This document shows positions 14,749 to 29,074 of a DNA stretch of 64,000 nt, one piece after another. Under the pieces are notes generated by a model. That model made no database searches and had not been told where the DNA came from. It saw only the letters and a program-made list of their open reading frames with translations. The DNA lies in the NCBI RefSeq assembly GCF_009914755.1, contig NC_060926.1; one strand, 5' to 3'. A program made the translations under genes and the position numbers. The first letter of the stretch is position 1; each line of letters opens with the position of its first letter. The stretch is from the human T2T-CHM13v2.0 reference genome, Homo sapiens.

Positions 14749-17700
14749 ACTTATCTGAATGTATTACTTGGATTTAATTTATCAAATCAGTTCTTTAGGA
14801 CATATATGTATGTACACATGTTTTTCATATGTTTTTTAAGAAAGACATAATTTTCCCACAAATCTACAGAAAGAATAGTGTTATATAGTTCATTCCAGAA
14901 ATAAAACAACTCCATTCTATTCATCTGATTTATTGGCTTCTGGAATTCAAAGACATACTAAATATCCAAAATGCAGCTGGGTCTCAGGAACAAATGAACC
15001 GAAGTTATGACTGCAGTTATAACACCACTCAGACATTGAATTCTAAATAACCATATTATATATTTTATTTCCAATCAGTTTTCCTATTATTGTATAGGTT
15101 TTCTTGTGCAAAAATTGTGTGGAAGAGGCACTAGCTGTGCTGGGGACATACATTTAGAACATATATGAAAATGACAATTCTCACAGTCACCATGTAGATG
15201 GAGCAGATTTTGAGGAGAAGGATCGGACATAGGGAGACCCTCAATGACAACCTCTACAGAAAATCTGTAGTCTCCTTTTCTTTCATCCTGCTTTTTTACA
15301 GCAAGTTGCAGTTTACTCTTTCTTTGTATGCATGATGCCTCAAATGAATTGGAAAATAGGCAGAGAAGGATATAAATAATAAAAACAAAATAACAAAATC
15401 TGTGTTGATAATACTTTATGTTACCAAACCCAAAGGTTAGGAATGCAGAACAAATCAATCATTCAGTTCTGCTACATATGTTATAGACTTTCAGATGTGG
15501 ATGTATAATGATTACCTCAATTTTCTTCAATGAAGCCCAGGTAATCACAATGCTAACAGATTGATTGATTCATTCATTTATTCAACAAACTTACATTGAG
15601 ATCTTATTACATGTGAGAAACTATGCCAGATATTTGAATAATGCATTTATTTTATTTTTAAATAGGTTATACATTCAAATGATTAACACAGATGCAAAAA
15701 TCCTCAATAAAATACTAGCAAACAAAAGTCAACAGCACACTAAAAGGATCATATGCCATAGTCAAGTAGATTTGTTCCTGCTGTGCAAGGATGGTTTAAC
15801 ATACACAAATGTATCAATGTGACATAACACATTAACAGAATGAAGGATAAAAACCATATATGATCATCTCAATAGATGCAGAAAAAACATTTGACAAAAT
15901 TGAACATCCTTTTATAACAAAAACTCTCACCAATTAGCTATAGCAAAAACATCCCTTAACATAATAAAGGCCATGTATGACAAGCCTACAGCTAACATCA
16001 TACTCAAAACTGAAAAGTTGAAAGTTTTTCCTCTAAGATTACAAAGAAGACAAGAATGCCCCTTCTCACCACTTCTATTCAACAAAGTGTTGCAAGTTCT
16101 AGCCAAAGCAGTTAGGAAAGAAAAATAAATAAAAGGCATCTAAATCAGAAAGAAAAATGTGAAATTGCTTCTGTTTTCAGATGGTATGATCTTATATATG
16201 TAGAAAATTCTAAAGACTTCATTAAACAAATGATAAGGCTAATAAATTCGGTAAATTGTGAGATACAAAATCAGCCTACAAAAATCAGTTATGTTTTTCT
16301 ACACTAACAGTGAACTATCTGAAAAAGAAACTAAGAAAATGATCCATTTTACAATAGCATAAAAAATAAAATAATTAGGAATCAATTTAACCAAGGAGGT
16401 GAAAGATCTATACAACAAAAACTCTAAAATATTGATGTAAGAAATTGAAGAAGACACAAAGAAATAGATATCCTGTGTTCATCTATTGGAAGAGTTAACA
16501 TTATTAAAATGTCCATACTGCCCAATGTGATCTCTAGATTCAATGTAATCTCTACTAAAATTACAGCGGCATTTTTCACAGAAATAGAAAAAAAAAAACA
16601 ACAATCCTAAAATTTATATGAAACCACAAAAGACCCCAAACAGAGAAAACCATCTTGAATAAGAAGAACAAAGCTGAAGACATCTTTCAAACTATGTTGC
16701 AAAGCTGTAGTAATCAAAACAGTATGGTACTGGCATTAAAAACAAACACATAGACCAGTGGAAGAGAATAGACAGCCAAGAAATAAACCCATACATATTT
16801 GGTCTACTAATTTTCAACAAAGGTGACAAGAATACGCAAAGGGAAAAAAATAGATTCTTCAATAAATGGTTCTGGTAAACTGGATATCCACATGCAGAAA
16901 GAAAGAAAGAAAAGCAAACAAATAGATAAATAATTAAATTGAACTCTTCTCTTATGCCATACACAAAAATCAATTTAAAAGGGATTAATGACCGAAACAT
17001 AAGACCTGAAACTATAAAAGTCCTAGAAAAAAACATAAAGGAAAACTTCACAACATTGATCTCAGCAATAGTTTTTCAGATTTGATACCAAAAGGACAGG
17101 CAACAAAAACAGAAATGAGCAATGTACAGTAATAAAACTAAATGTACCTACTGTACAGTATCAAACTGAAAAGTTTTTGCATAACAAAGAAAACAACCAA
17201 CAAAATTAAAAGGCAGCTTATGAACTGGTGGCAAATATTTGTAAACCACATATCCAACAATGAGTTGATATTCAAAATATGTAAGGAACTCATAAAACTC
17301 GATAGCAAAAAAAAAAAAAACCCTAAATAACCCAATTTAAAAATGGGCAAAGGACCTGAATAGACACTTTCCCCTAAGAAGACATACAATGTCCAACAAC
17401 TATATGAAAAGATGCTCAACCTCACTAATCATCAAAAAAATGCAAATTAAACTGAGATATCCCCTCACACTGAGCTATCACCTCACACTTGTTAGGATGG
17501 TTATTACCAAAACGTCAAAAGATAACAAGTGTTGGCAAGGATGTGGAGAAAAGGGAACTTTTAGACATTTTTTGTGAGAATGTAAATTGGTACAGTTGTT
17601 ATGGAAAACAGCATAGAAGTTTCTCAACTAAATTAAAAATAGAATCACCATGTGATCCAGAAATCTCACTTCTGGGTATGTATCTAAAGAAATTGAAATC

Positions 17701-18109
17701 AGTATGTCAAAGAGGTATCTGCACTCCCATGTTCATTGCAGCATTATTCACAACAGCCAAGATGTGGAAACAACCTAAGTGTCTGTCAACAGATGAATGG
17801 ATAAAGAAAATGTGGTATACATATATAATGGAATATTATCAAGCCTTAAAAACTAAGTAAATCTTGCCATTTTCAACAACGTGAATTAAACTTGGAGACA
17901 TTATGCTAAGTGACAGAAACCAAACACAGAAAGACAAAACTGCATGATCTAATGTATATGTGGAATTTAAAGAAAATGGAACTCACAGAGCAGAGAATAG
18001 AATGGTTGTTACCAGAGACTGTGGAGAAGGGGACAAAAGAAGATATTGGGGATACAAACCTTCAGCCATAAGGTAAATAAGTACTGGAGACCCAATGTAC
18101 AGCATGATG

Positions 18110-18502
18110 GTATATGAGTCCATTCTCACATTGCTATAAGAAACCACATGAGACTGGGTAATTTATGAAGAAAAGAGGTTTAATTGATTCACAGTTCCAC
18201 AGGCTGTACAGGAAGCATGGCTGGGGAGACCTCAGGAAACTTACAATCATGGCAGAAGTTGAAGGGGAAGCAGGCACATCTTCACCTGGCAGAGCAGGAG
18301 AGACAGCAAAGGGAAAGGTGCCATACACTTTGAACAACCAGATGTCCTAAGAACTGTATCATGAGGCAGCATTAAGGGGATAGTCTAAACCATTAGAAAC
18401 CACCCGCATGATCCAATCACCTCCCACCAGGCTCCACCTCCAACACTGGGGACTACAGTTCAACATGAGATTTGTGTGGGGACACAGAGCCAAACCATAT
18501 CA
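18110..18502 (-). mobile_element. MSTA-like MaLR solo LTR
   Basis: gagactgggtaatttatgaagaaaagaggtttaattg...gggacacagagccaaaccatatca. Confidence 0.9.
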
Positions 18503-18586
18503 GATAGCTGTAGTTAATAATAATGTACACTTGAAAGTTGCTAAAAGAGTAGATCTCAAGTATTGTCATTAAAAAAATAAAAGGTA

Positions 18587-18897
18587 GGCCGGGTGCAGTG
18601 GCTCACATCTGTAATCCCAGCACTTTGGGAGGCTGAGGCGGGCGGATCACGAGGTCAGGAGATGGAGACCATCCTGGCTAACAGGGTGAAACTCCATCTC
18701 TACTAAAAATACAAAAAAAAATTAGCTGGGCGTGGTGGCAGGCCCCTGTAGTCCCAGCTACTCGGGAGGCTGAGGCAGGAGAATGGCGTGAACCTGGGAT
18801 GTGGAGCTTTCAGTGAGCCAAGATGGCGCCACTGCACTCCAGCCTGAGCGACAGAGCGAGACTCCGTCTCAAAATAAATAAATAAATAAATTAAATA
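18587..18897 (+). mobile_element. AluY
   Basis: Full dimer with (AAAT)n tail; TSD AAAATAAA(A)GGTA. Confidence 0.95.
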
Positions 18898-19695
18898 AAA
18901 TAAAGGTAATTATGTTAGATGATTGATATGTTAATTAGTTTGATTGTGGTAATCATTTCACTATGTATACATATATCATACATATAGCAAAACATCATGT
19001 TGTATATTTAAAATATATCCAATTTTTATTTGTCAACCATGTCTCAATAAAGCTGGGGAAAAACTCCAAGTGATTTTAAATCAAAGTAATCCTAAAAGGT
19101 ATACACTGTAAAGTTTTATTCCCACAAAGGTTCCCATCTGCTTCTCTTCTCCCCGTCACATATCCTATAGGCGGAGTGATCATACATTGTGGTTTCCCAA
19201 GAACATTTCCAGTTTATGCCTTTTTTCTTGGTTTAATTATTAATAGTGCCCCCATTTACTCTCAAAAGTTTAACTAATAAACATGAGAGGAAAAAAATCA
19301 ATGAACTTGAAAACAAAAGTAATAGAAAAAAATTAATGAAACCAAAACAGATTCTTCTAAAACATCAATAAAATTGATAAACTTCTAGCCAGACTGACAA
19401 AGAAAAAAAGGGAGAAGACAAAAATTACCAATATTGGAAATAAAAGAGGGGCTATCATGACAGACCCCCACAGAAATTAAAATGATAAAACGAATACAGG
19501 AAGTCCTCAAAGTGTGTCATTTCATTCAACTTTGATGAGGTTAACAAAAAAATTGATTAATGGCACACTGCGTAGAGTTTGCATGTCCTCCCCGTGTCTG
19601 CGGGTTTTCTCTGGTTACTGCAGTTTCCTCCCAAATCCCAAAGATGTGCATGTGACGTAAACTGCTGAGCTAAATGGTCCCCGTGTAACTGATTG

Positions 19696-19733
19696 TGTAT
19701 GTGTGTGCATGTTTGTGTGTGTGTGTGTGTGTG
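19696..19733. repeat. Imperfect (TG)n microsatellite inside MER6A
   Basis: gtgtatgtgtgtgcatgtttgtgtgtgtgtgtgtgtgtg. Confidence 0.85.
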
Positions 19734-19883
19734 CCCTGAGATAGGGTGGCATCCTGCCTCGGGCTGGTTCCTGCCCTGTGTCCTGAGCTGCGGGGATAGA
19801 CTCTGGCCACCCACAACCCTGAACTAGGATAACTGGGTAAAAGCTCTGGCCACCCACAACCTTGAACTGGGATAACTGGGTAA

Positions 19884-20220
<337 letters not shown>

Positions 20221-20776
20221 TAAATGTATGTATAGCTCTCATTTATTTCAATATTTAATATTAGAAGTGTTTTGGTCTTTATTTAGAAATTTGGTGATGT
20301 TTTTGTGACCAGAAGTATGTCATAGGCACCTAACTGTCATTTATATCAATTAGGCTATAATAAAAGTGGTTTCCTTAAACTTTCAATTAAGGTTGCCATT
20401 TCCAAGAACGTACTGAGGATGTTAAGGACTTACTGTCCTAAAAACAACTGTATGCCCATAAATCCAACAACTTAGATAAAACAGACCAATTATTAAAATA
20501 CACAAGCTACCTACACTCACTAAAAAAAAAAAAAAAAAAATAGTTCTACAACTATTAAATAAATTGAATTTGTGGTTAAAAACTTTTCAAAAAAGAAAAT
20601 TCCCTGCCCATATATTTTACTGCAAAATTCTAGAAAACATTTAAGGAAGAAACAATAACAATTCTATACAATCTTTTTCTGAATTTATAAGAGAAGGAAA
20701 CACTTCCCCATGCATCTTATGAAGCTAGCATTACCCTAATAGCAAAACCAGTATAATGAAAGAAAAATAAAGACCA

Positions 20777-21121
<345 letters not shown>

Positions 21122-22657
21122 TTATTATTAAATTGGGTCTAGAAATATATAAAAAAGGAAAATACAGAATGATTAAGTGGGATTTATCCAAAGAATGCAA
21201 GATTGTTTCAATGTGGGAAAACTCAACCAATGTAATTTACCAGATTACCAAACTAAAGAAAAAAACCATGATTATCTAAATGGCATTTGACAAATTCAAA
21301 TTTCTTTCCAAAAAAACTCTCAGCAGACTAGAAATGAAAGGAAATTGCCTGGATATGATTAAGGACAACTGTAAAAACCGATGACTAACATCATACTTAA
21401 TGGGAACAAGATAAGGACATCCTTCTTTCACCACTGCTATTCAATATCATAGTAAAAGTTTTAGCCAGTGCAACAAGGCAAGAAAAACAAAGTCATTCAG
21501 ATTGAAAGGGAAAGAAAAAACTCTATTTGCAGATGTCAGAATTGTTTATGTAAAAAAATCCCAAATAACACACGAAAAAAATTCTAAAGCTAGTCCTAAA
21601 ACTAGTAAGAGAGTTTAGCAAGGTCATAGGATAAGAGCTCAAAATACAAAAGTCAATTATATTTCTATGTACTAGCAACAAACAATGGATTTGAAATTTA
21701 AAAAAAAAACTAGTAACAAAAAGTGGAAAACTTAAACACAAATCTAAAAAAAATATAGTATCTATATATTGAAAACTATAAGATACTAATTAAAGAAACC
21801 AAAGAAGACCTTAGATATGTGGAGAGATACATTATCTTGGTTTGGATGAAAAATTATATGGTCACACTATCTACACAGGTAATAAAAGGTACTTTTATTT
21901 CTTTTGTATATTCCCAGTGCTTATTTATACAAATATAAAATTCTTATCCCCCCTGGCATTACACAATACCTCACTTGTTCAACTTAAAATATATCCTATA
22001 GAATTTTCCATATAAGTACATAGACATTTTCCTCATAAAAAATTTTTATTGTGAAAATAATTTTAGACACACAGAAAATTTGTAAGAATGGCATAGTAAA
22101 TACTCACATACCACCACCTGGATTTCCTTATTTTCTTTGATAAACATGGTATTTGATTGTGTGAAGTTAATTCATATATTTCTCATTGAATAGTTAGATG
22201 CTGAAAATTCTGTCTTACCCCACTGCTGTCAGATGGGGTGGAGAATGGTAGGAGATGGAGTCTAACCAAAATGCATAAGCTTTGAAGCGAGATAGAGCCA
22301 ACTCCAAATAACCATTCTGTCACTTATTGGCTGTATGGCCAGGCAAGTTACTTAACTTCCCCCGGTGTCAGTTACTTCATAAGTAAAATGAGAATATAAC
22401 TACTACACCAAAGGTTACAGTCAGAATCATGTGGTGATATGATAAAGTACAAAAGAGTACTTTAATCTTAGGAAAGGTAAAATAGAGCTGCAGCAGTGTC
22501 ATCATAGCCTTGACCTTATTCATAAGTTTGGTTAATGGAACAAGGTGAAAATCTACCTGACTATAAAATTTAGTTGGTGGAGCTAAGTGACAGAGACCGT
22601 ATAAGAAGCACTGTTATCCTTGGCCATTTCAATTAATAGAATTATCTTCTCAGCCGT

Positions 22658-22954
<297 letters not shown>

Positions 22955-23334
22955 TTATCTTCTCAGCCTTGGGCTGATTCACCAGTTCATTAAAAAGCCA
23001 AAGACTCTTTCAAATCCTAATCTCTATACCCAGAGCCAATACTTTACCAAAATATCTGGATTGCCCACATAAGGTGAGGAGCGAGTTAGTGAATTTGCCA
23101 TTTTTATTCTTTTATTTTACCAACAAGATATGAAAACTTTGGGTGTTCTGTTTGCATTTCTTTGTCCACGGAATACATTTCCAACTCCAAGGGGAAGTAG
23201 TTGCAGGGAACTTTACTGCCATTCGTGTAACTACAATGTCAAATCATCTGCAGCGTATATTCTATTTGGAGGCCTTTTCCTGGCTTACAAGTAGAGAGTG
23301 AAACACAGCCTCTATTAGTAGAGCCGTTTCAAAA

Positions 23335-23870
23335 TTTATTCATTCACTCACCTAACAAAAACTTTCCAAACCCCTACTGTGTGCCGGGCATTGTACTTGG
23401 TGTTGAAAAGAAAAAAACAAATTCCTGTCCTTAAGTAGCTTACAGCTCAAATAAGGGGAAATAAGATACATTGACAATTATGAAGTGCTTTGGGAGAGAA
23501 TAGAATGGCTTCACAGAAGAGGCTAAGTTTCTGTTGAGCTGGTGAGACTGACAAGAGGAAGGCCGTGCGCAGCAGAGTAAGCATAACCTGCAAGCACAAA
23601 GACATTCTATGGTAGCAGGCTTGACTTCAGAGTTCCACTGGGGCACTAGGTGCAGAGTAGGCTGGAGGGTTTGGCTGAAGCTATTACCAGTTTGGTCTTC
23701 ATCCTGCTCAATGGAAAACTTTTCGTTCAATGGGGGAACGATTAAATGTTTTTAAGCAAAGACCTGAGATAATCAGATTTACTTTTTTAAAAGATCTGGT
23801 AGCCATATGAAGGATACTTTGGAAGGGGTAATAGGAAAACCAGTTAGGAGGTTATCGCAGTGAAACAGAA
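23335..23870 (-). mobile_element. L2 fragment
   Basis: ttattcattcactca...cctactgtgtgccgggcattgtac L2 tail. Confidence 0.75.
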
Positions 23871-24802
23871 TGTGGTCTTCATGGAATATCTAGGATTTCC
23901 GTGAATGAAATGATCTTGTTTGATAAATGGGGTAATGTCTGAGAACTATTTATCAACTGAAAATCAAGAGGGAAATCAGCAAGAAAATCGGTATGTTTGG
24001 CATTATTTCAATCAAAATCCTGGCAGAATTTTTGTAGGTATCAACAAGTTGATTCAAAAAATTTGGGAGAAAGGTAAAGGAACTAGAAAGTTAAAGGAAC
24101 AGCCAAAACAAATTTGAAAAAGGACAAAGTTGGAGGACTATACTCCCTGATTTCAAGTTTATTGAAGACTTCAGGTCCTTTTCTCTAACTCTGTAATTGC
24201 TTAAGTTCTTATACGGTTTGCCAGACAGTGAATAAGGGAAAACAAATGAAAAACACGAATTTAATCAGTTTGGTTCCCTGACTGCTGCTTAATATGGAGA
24301 TTTGAGGAGAAGGTGAAAACTCTCATTACACAAAAACACGTGGATACATGTATCACTCATCTCTTAATTCCACTGATAAACCAGAGGTCATTGCAAGATA
24401 AAACATACATAATGAAAATAATTGGCTGTTTGCACTGACGCTTTAAAATACATTTTCATTTCCTATTAAAAGCTTTATTTGGTCCCTTTCTCTGAATAAT
24501 GTATGCAGTGCTCATTTCTCTTCACCGGATCGGCTCAAAGCTTGATGAATATGGCTGTGGTTTGATGGGCAGTCTCTGCATCTCACATTGAGGCTCCGCT
24601 ATGAAAAGAATTAGAATAGCAAGATCAATTGTCAGGCTAAGTAAATGAGCTCTCATCTCGGATCTGATTGCTTATATGAGAGGGCTGAAGTGATTCTTGG
24701 CTGCACTCTCAGGGAGAAGAGAGAAATGCATTTTAATTGCCCTGGCAGGGATAACAGGTGTTCTGTCCAGCTACCAAAACGCAAAGCCGCGTCTTTGCAC
24801 TA

Positions 24803-25145
<343 letters not shown>

Positions 25146-25515
25146 AACCACCAAAAAAACCAGGGACAGCTCAATGCTCTTTTCCGTTTCATAGCTACTT
25201 ACACTCAGATTTACAAATACCTATTAACTTGTAGACAGGGCAAGAAATAATTTATGCTGAAGAGACGAAAGACCTGAAAACAGATTTCTGTGTTTTACTC
25301 TCCATGTGGCCATCATGGACGAGGACGAAGAGGGACTTGATTTTTCCTTTAACGAGAAGAATGTTTAAGCTCTGAATTTTTAACCAATTTTTATGCTCGT
25401 TACTCTGCTGTAGGGTATGTATTTACCAAGATTAGCAGAACACCGCGAGTTCACCAGGCGGAGACAAGTCACTGTGAAGTGGGCAGCACAGGACCCCCCG
25501 GAGGGCAGGCGCCGG

Positions 25516-25538
25516 AAACTACATATCCCGGCGTGCCC
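25516..25538 (+). promoter_or_regulatory. ZNF143/THAP11-type ACTACAnnTCCC motif, copy 1
   Basis: AAACTACATATCCCGGCGTGCCC matches the ACTACAnnTCCCAnnATGC composite consensus. Confidence 0.7.
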
Positions 25539-25655
25539 CGCTCGCGAGCACAGTGGAGCCTGCCGCCATTCGGTTCACGGCGCTACGCATTCCCTGAGCG
25601 CCGCCGGATGCCGGCCTGGGTCCCGCCCAGGGCTGAGGGCCCTCCTGGGCCGGGA

Positions 25656-25678
25656 AAACTACAGTTCCCGACATGCCC
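25656..25678 (+). promoter_or_regulatory. ZNF143/THAP11-type ACTACAnnTCCC motif, copy 2
   Basis: AAACTACAGTTCCCGACATGCCC. Confidence 0.75.
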
Positions 25679-25687
25679 TGCCACGGG

Positions 25688-25699
25688 TGCGCCTGCGTA
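25688..25699 (+). promoter_or_regulatory. NRF1-like site
   Basis: TGCGCCTGCGTA versus consensus TGCGCATGCGCA. Confidence 0.5.
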
Positions 25700-25719
25700 C
25701 CGGAGCTACTGCGCCGGGG

Positions 25720-25735
25720 AGCGGGTTGGTTTAAA
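25720..25735 (+). promoter_or_regulatory. CDE/CHR-like cell-cycle element
   Basis: AGCGGG + 4-nt spacer (TTGG) + TTTAAA, the canonical CDE-N4-CHR geometry. Confidence 0.5.
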
Positions 25736-25797
25736 ATGCTGTGTTAGTTCCACGGAAACCCGCTCGCCTGCTGCAGTACGGAGCCTCAGGCGGACAG

Positions 25798-25809
25798 ATG
25801 GACTGTAAG
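25798..25809 (+). CDS. CCDC150: CCDC150 coding exon 1 (MDCK)
   Basis: ATG GAC TGT AAG then donor GTGAGG, inside the CpG island; joins exon 2 in phase 0 to give MDCKVHMETT..., the N-terminus I recognise for CCDC150. Confidence 0.9.
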
Positions 25810-26519
25810 GTGAGGCTGCCGGGCCCCGGGCTGGTGAGGGGTGGTCGGAGGCTCGCGAGGCTTCGGCTCAGATAAGGACAGTCACCACTCCCTGGCGCCC
25901 TCTCCCTGTCCTGACGGAGTCCAGTCTCACTCCCTGGACCTCAGGGCCCTGATTTAAGGCGCTTTGGCGTTGGCTGCCGGTGAAAGCCATTTAGGAGCGA
26001 AGTTTGCATTGGCCTGGCTCCAGCTGAGGGATGGGAGATAGCCACCGAAGCCTCCAGATAAGCCCAATACAACCTTTATTTATGTGTTAAGTTGGAGTTT
26101 AATAGGTTCCTGGGAAGGCTATTTCGGCGTTAATGTTTGATTTTTGCCACCAGTTAATCCTCCCTGGCTTGCTTACCAGAATATAGGTGTCAGGAATTTG
26201 CACTTGTTCTTTACGGTTTCCGCAGTACCTGGCGCTCTTGCTAGAACGGAATAGACATTCGTTAAATTCCTGTCGAAGTATTCTCCTGTTTATTTACCAC
26301 CTATAATTTCCCAGGCACTGTATTAGGCTCTAAAGATAGAAAAATGTCTATTTTTAACCCCACTTTAGAGAAGTTCGTATTAGTCCGTCTTAAATGCCCC
26401 CCAACACATGCTTCTAATTTGTTAATCTTGGCGTGCTCAGGACTAGGTCCTTTAATCCTTTGTGTTCTCTGTTATCCCGCCTTATGGTTTTCTTGAGCTC
26501 TTCAGAAATTAGTCTCCAG

Positions 26520-27790
26520 TCCACACCTCACCCCCAAACTTCAGATCCACAAATTCAATAATGTATTTGGTATCTTTCATGTTTTAAATTTGACATTTTA
26601 AAAACTACTCTTTATCTTTTCCACAAAACGGATTCTTCCTTAATAAGTTTGCATTGTCTCAGTGATAGCACCATCCAGGCCAAAAACCCTGTAGTAATCT
26701 TGGCTTCTTCCTTTCCCTCATATCTCATATCTAATGCATCAGCAAAAGCTATCTTTCAAGTATATCTAACCACTAACCACTTCTTACAGTAGGAATACCG
26801 CTGCTGTCACCTTGGTTCTGGCCAGCAGCATCTCTACTTCTGCTTTTGTTCTTCCACCATTTGGAGTGGGAGGGAGTCAAAATGATCCAGTTAAAAGGAA
26901 AGTTGGATAGCATTCCTCAGCTATAGACCTCCAGTGACTCTGAGAATCACTGACAGCAAAAGCCAGACTTCTACAATGGCCTTCAAGGCTCTGTGTATTC
27001 TGTTTTTTGTTTTTTTGAAACGGAGTCTCGCTCTGTCGCCCAGGCTGGAGTGCAGCAGTCTCAGCTCACTGCAAGCTCCGCCTCCTGGGTTCACACCATT
27101 CTCCTGCCTCAGCCATCCGAGTAGCTGAAACTACAGGAGCACGCCACCACGCCCGGCTAATTTTTTTTTTATTTTTATTTTTGTATTTTTAGTAGAGACG
27201 GGGTTTCGCCGTGTTAGCCAGGATGGTCTCGATCTCCTGACCTCTTGATCTGCCCGCCTCGGCCTTCCAAAGTGCTGGGATTACAGGCGTGAGCCACCGC
27301 GCCCAGCCGTATTCTGGTTTTATTATTACCGTCTGACCTCATCTCTCAATGTTCTCTGTGTTACTCCTTCCTCTCCAGCCAAACCCACCTCTTTATTATG
27401 TGCGGACTCATCAGACCTTCTAACTTCAGGCCTTTGCACTTGCTGTTTCCGTCTTCTGGGCCTTTCTGCCCTCTGATATCTATATAACAGGTCTTTGCTC
27501 AAATGTTATGAGGCCTTCTTTGACCACCCTGTTTAAAATGAAAATCTGCCCTGTAGCCTCCATACCATGTTCTTTCCTATTTCATTTTCCTCCTTTGCAC
27601 TTATCACCAATAAACAAACTATGTATTTTACTTAGTGTCTGTCTTCTTCAGCTGGAATATAAGCTCCACGAAGGCAGGGAGTTTTGTTCGTACTGTTCTA
27701 CCCAACCCCTGCCCCCCGCCCCATTGCCTATAACAGTGTGTGGCTCATGGTAAATGTTCAGGAAATATTTGTTAGATGTGTGAGTGAATG
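26520..27790 (+). mobile_element. L2 fragments split by an AluY
   Basis: gcctttgcacttgctgtttcc, aagctccacgaaggcaggga, gagtgaatgaa tail. Confidence 0.75.
27002..27309 (-). mobile_element. AluY
   Basis: gcaagctccgcctcc, ttagccaggatggtctcgatctcc. Confidence 0.94.
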
Positions 27791-28750
27791 AAGACAGTGT
27801 TACCATATTATTTTCTAGTGGTTGTGATAAACAACATTGACTCCCTGGACTGTTATTTTGGAACCAACAGCATGTACTTGTATACGCTTTTGCCAGTGTA
27901 CACCTATTGCCAGGTGTAGGAATGGAGCCTGTGTCCACAGAAGCATGTGTTCTCTTTTCAAAGTCATCTGGTTTTTACTAGTATATTACTTGTGACATTG
28001 GTCTTTTTCTTGCCATGCTTTCCATAAGGTTACCTGCCTAGAAGCTCTTTGGAAATATTCTCCCTAAACATCAAGACAGAATTCTGTTAGTTTGATAATG
28101 ATATATGCATAGAAATTAGTTATGAATGAACTTTTTTAAAAATAAAAGTTTATATCTCAGTATTTTTATTATTGTTACTATCAAGCGTTAGGACTTAGGT
28201 TCAAGGCAGCAATCAATATTTGCTCCTTTTCAAACACAACAAAGCACAGATATGTTAAAGCTGTTGTCTCTTTGCTAGAATGTCAGCCATTAGAGGTAGA
28301 TTGTTTTCATGTACGACTGTGCTTCTTAGACTATGAGCCATAGAACTATGACTTATGAGGATCTGCCAAGTGGCCATTGGAGAGTGTGCGTGTATTTATG
28401 TATGTAGGGGTGTGGGTGGCATTTCTGCTACCACTGCTTTGGGCCTACCAGATGGGGAGGACAGGCAAGGGTATGAGCAACTGCAGTGAAAATGAGAATC
28501 TCTCTCTAACTTTAAGCCCCAACTTGGTAGATTAATTTACTGGATTGAAAGTTCTTATCTCATACTTTAACAGCCTCCCAGATACTCGGGGACTCTGCCT
28601 GGTGGCTTTAAGGCTGTCCTCTTGCTACTCAGCCATTACCGCCCCCTCCCTTGCTTCCAAGGACTCTCCTGACCTTGGCATTGTTTGGTTTTTGTTTTTG
28701 TTTTCCCATGGCGGGAAGTGGAGGTGGTGGTTGGGAGGGAAGGTTTTTAA

Positions 28751-29074
<324 letters not shown>

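Larger units (their letters stand above)
15678..19060 (+). mobile_element. L1MA-type ORF2 3' half and 3' UTR, split by an MST LTR and an AluY
   Basis: Translations DAKILNKILAN and [32 protein letters not shown]; ends ctcaataaagctggggaaaa. Confidence 0.92.
25440..26000. promoter_or_regulatory. CpG island / CCDC150 promoter
   Basis: Abrupt GC- and CpG-rich block in AT-rich surroundings, containing exon 1; GC box TCCCGCCC at 25621. Confidence 0.9.

Noticed and set aside
25417-25808. 105- and 109-aa ORFs over the CpG island
   Set aside because: GC-rich sequence is depleted of stop codons; the spliced CDS starts at 25798 in a different frame.
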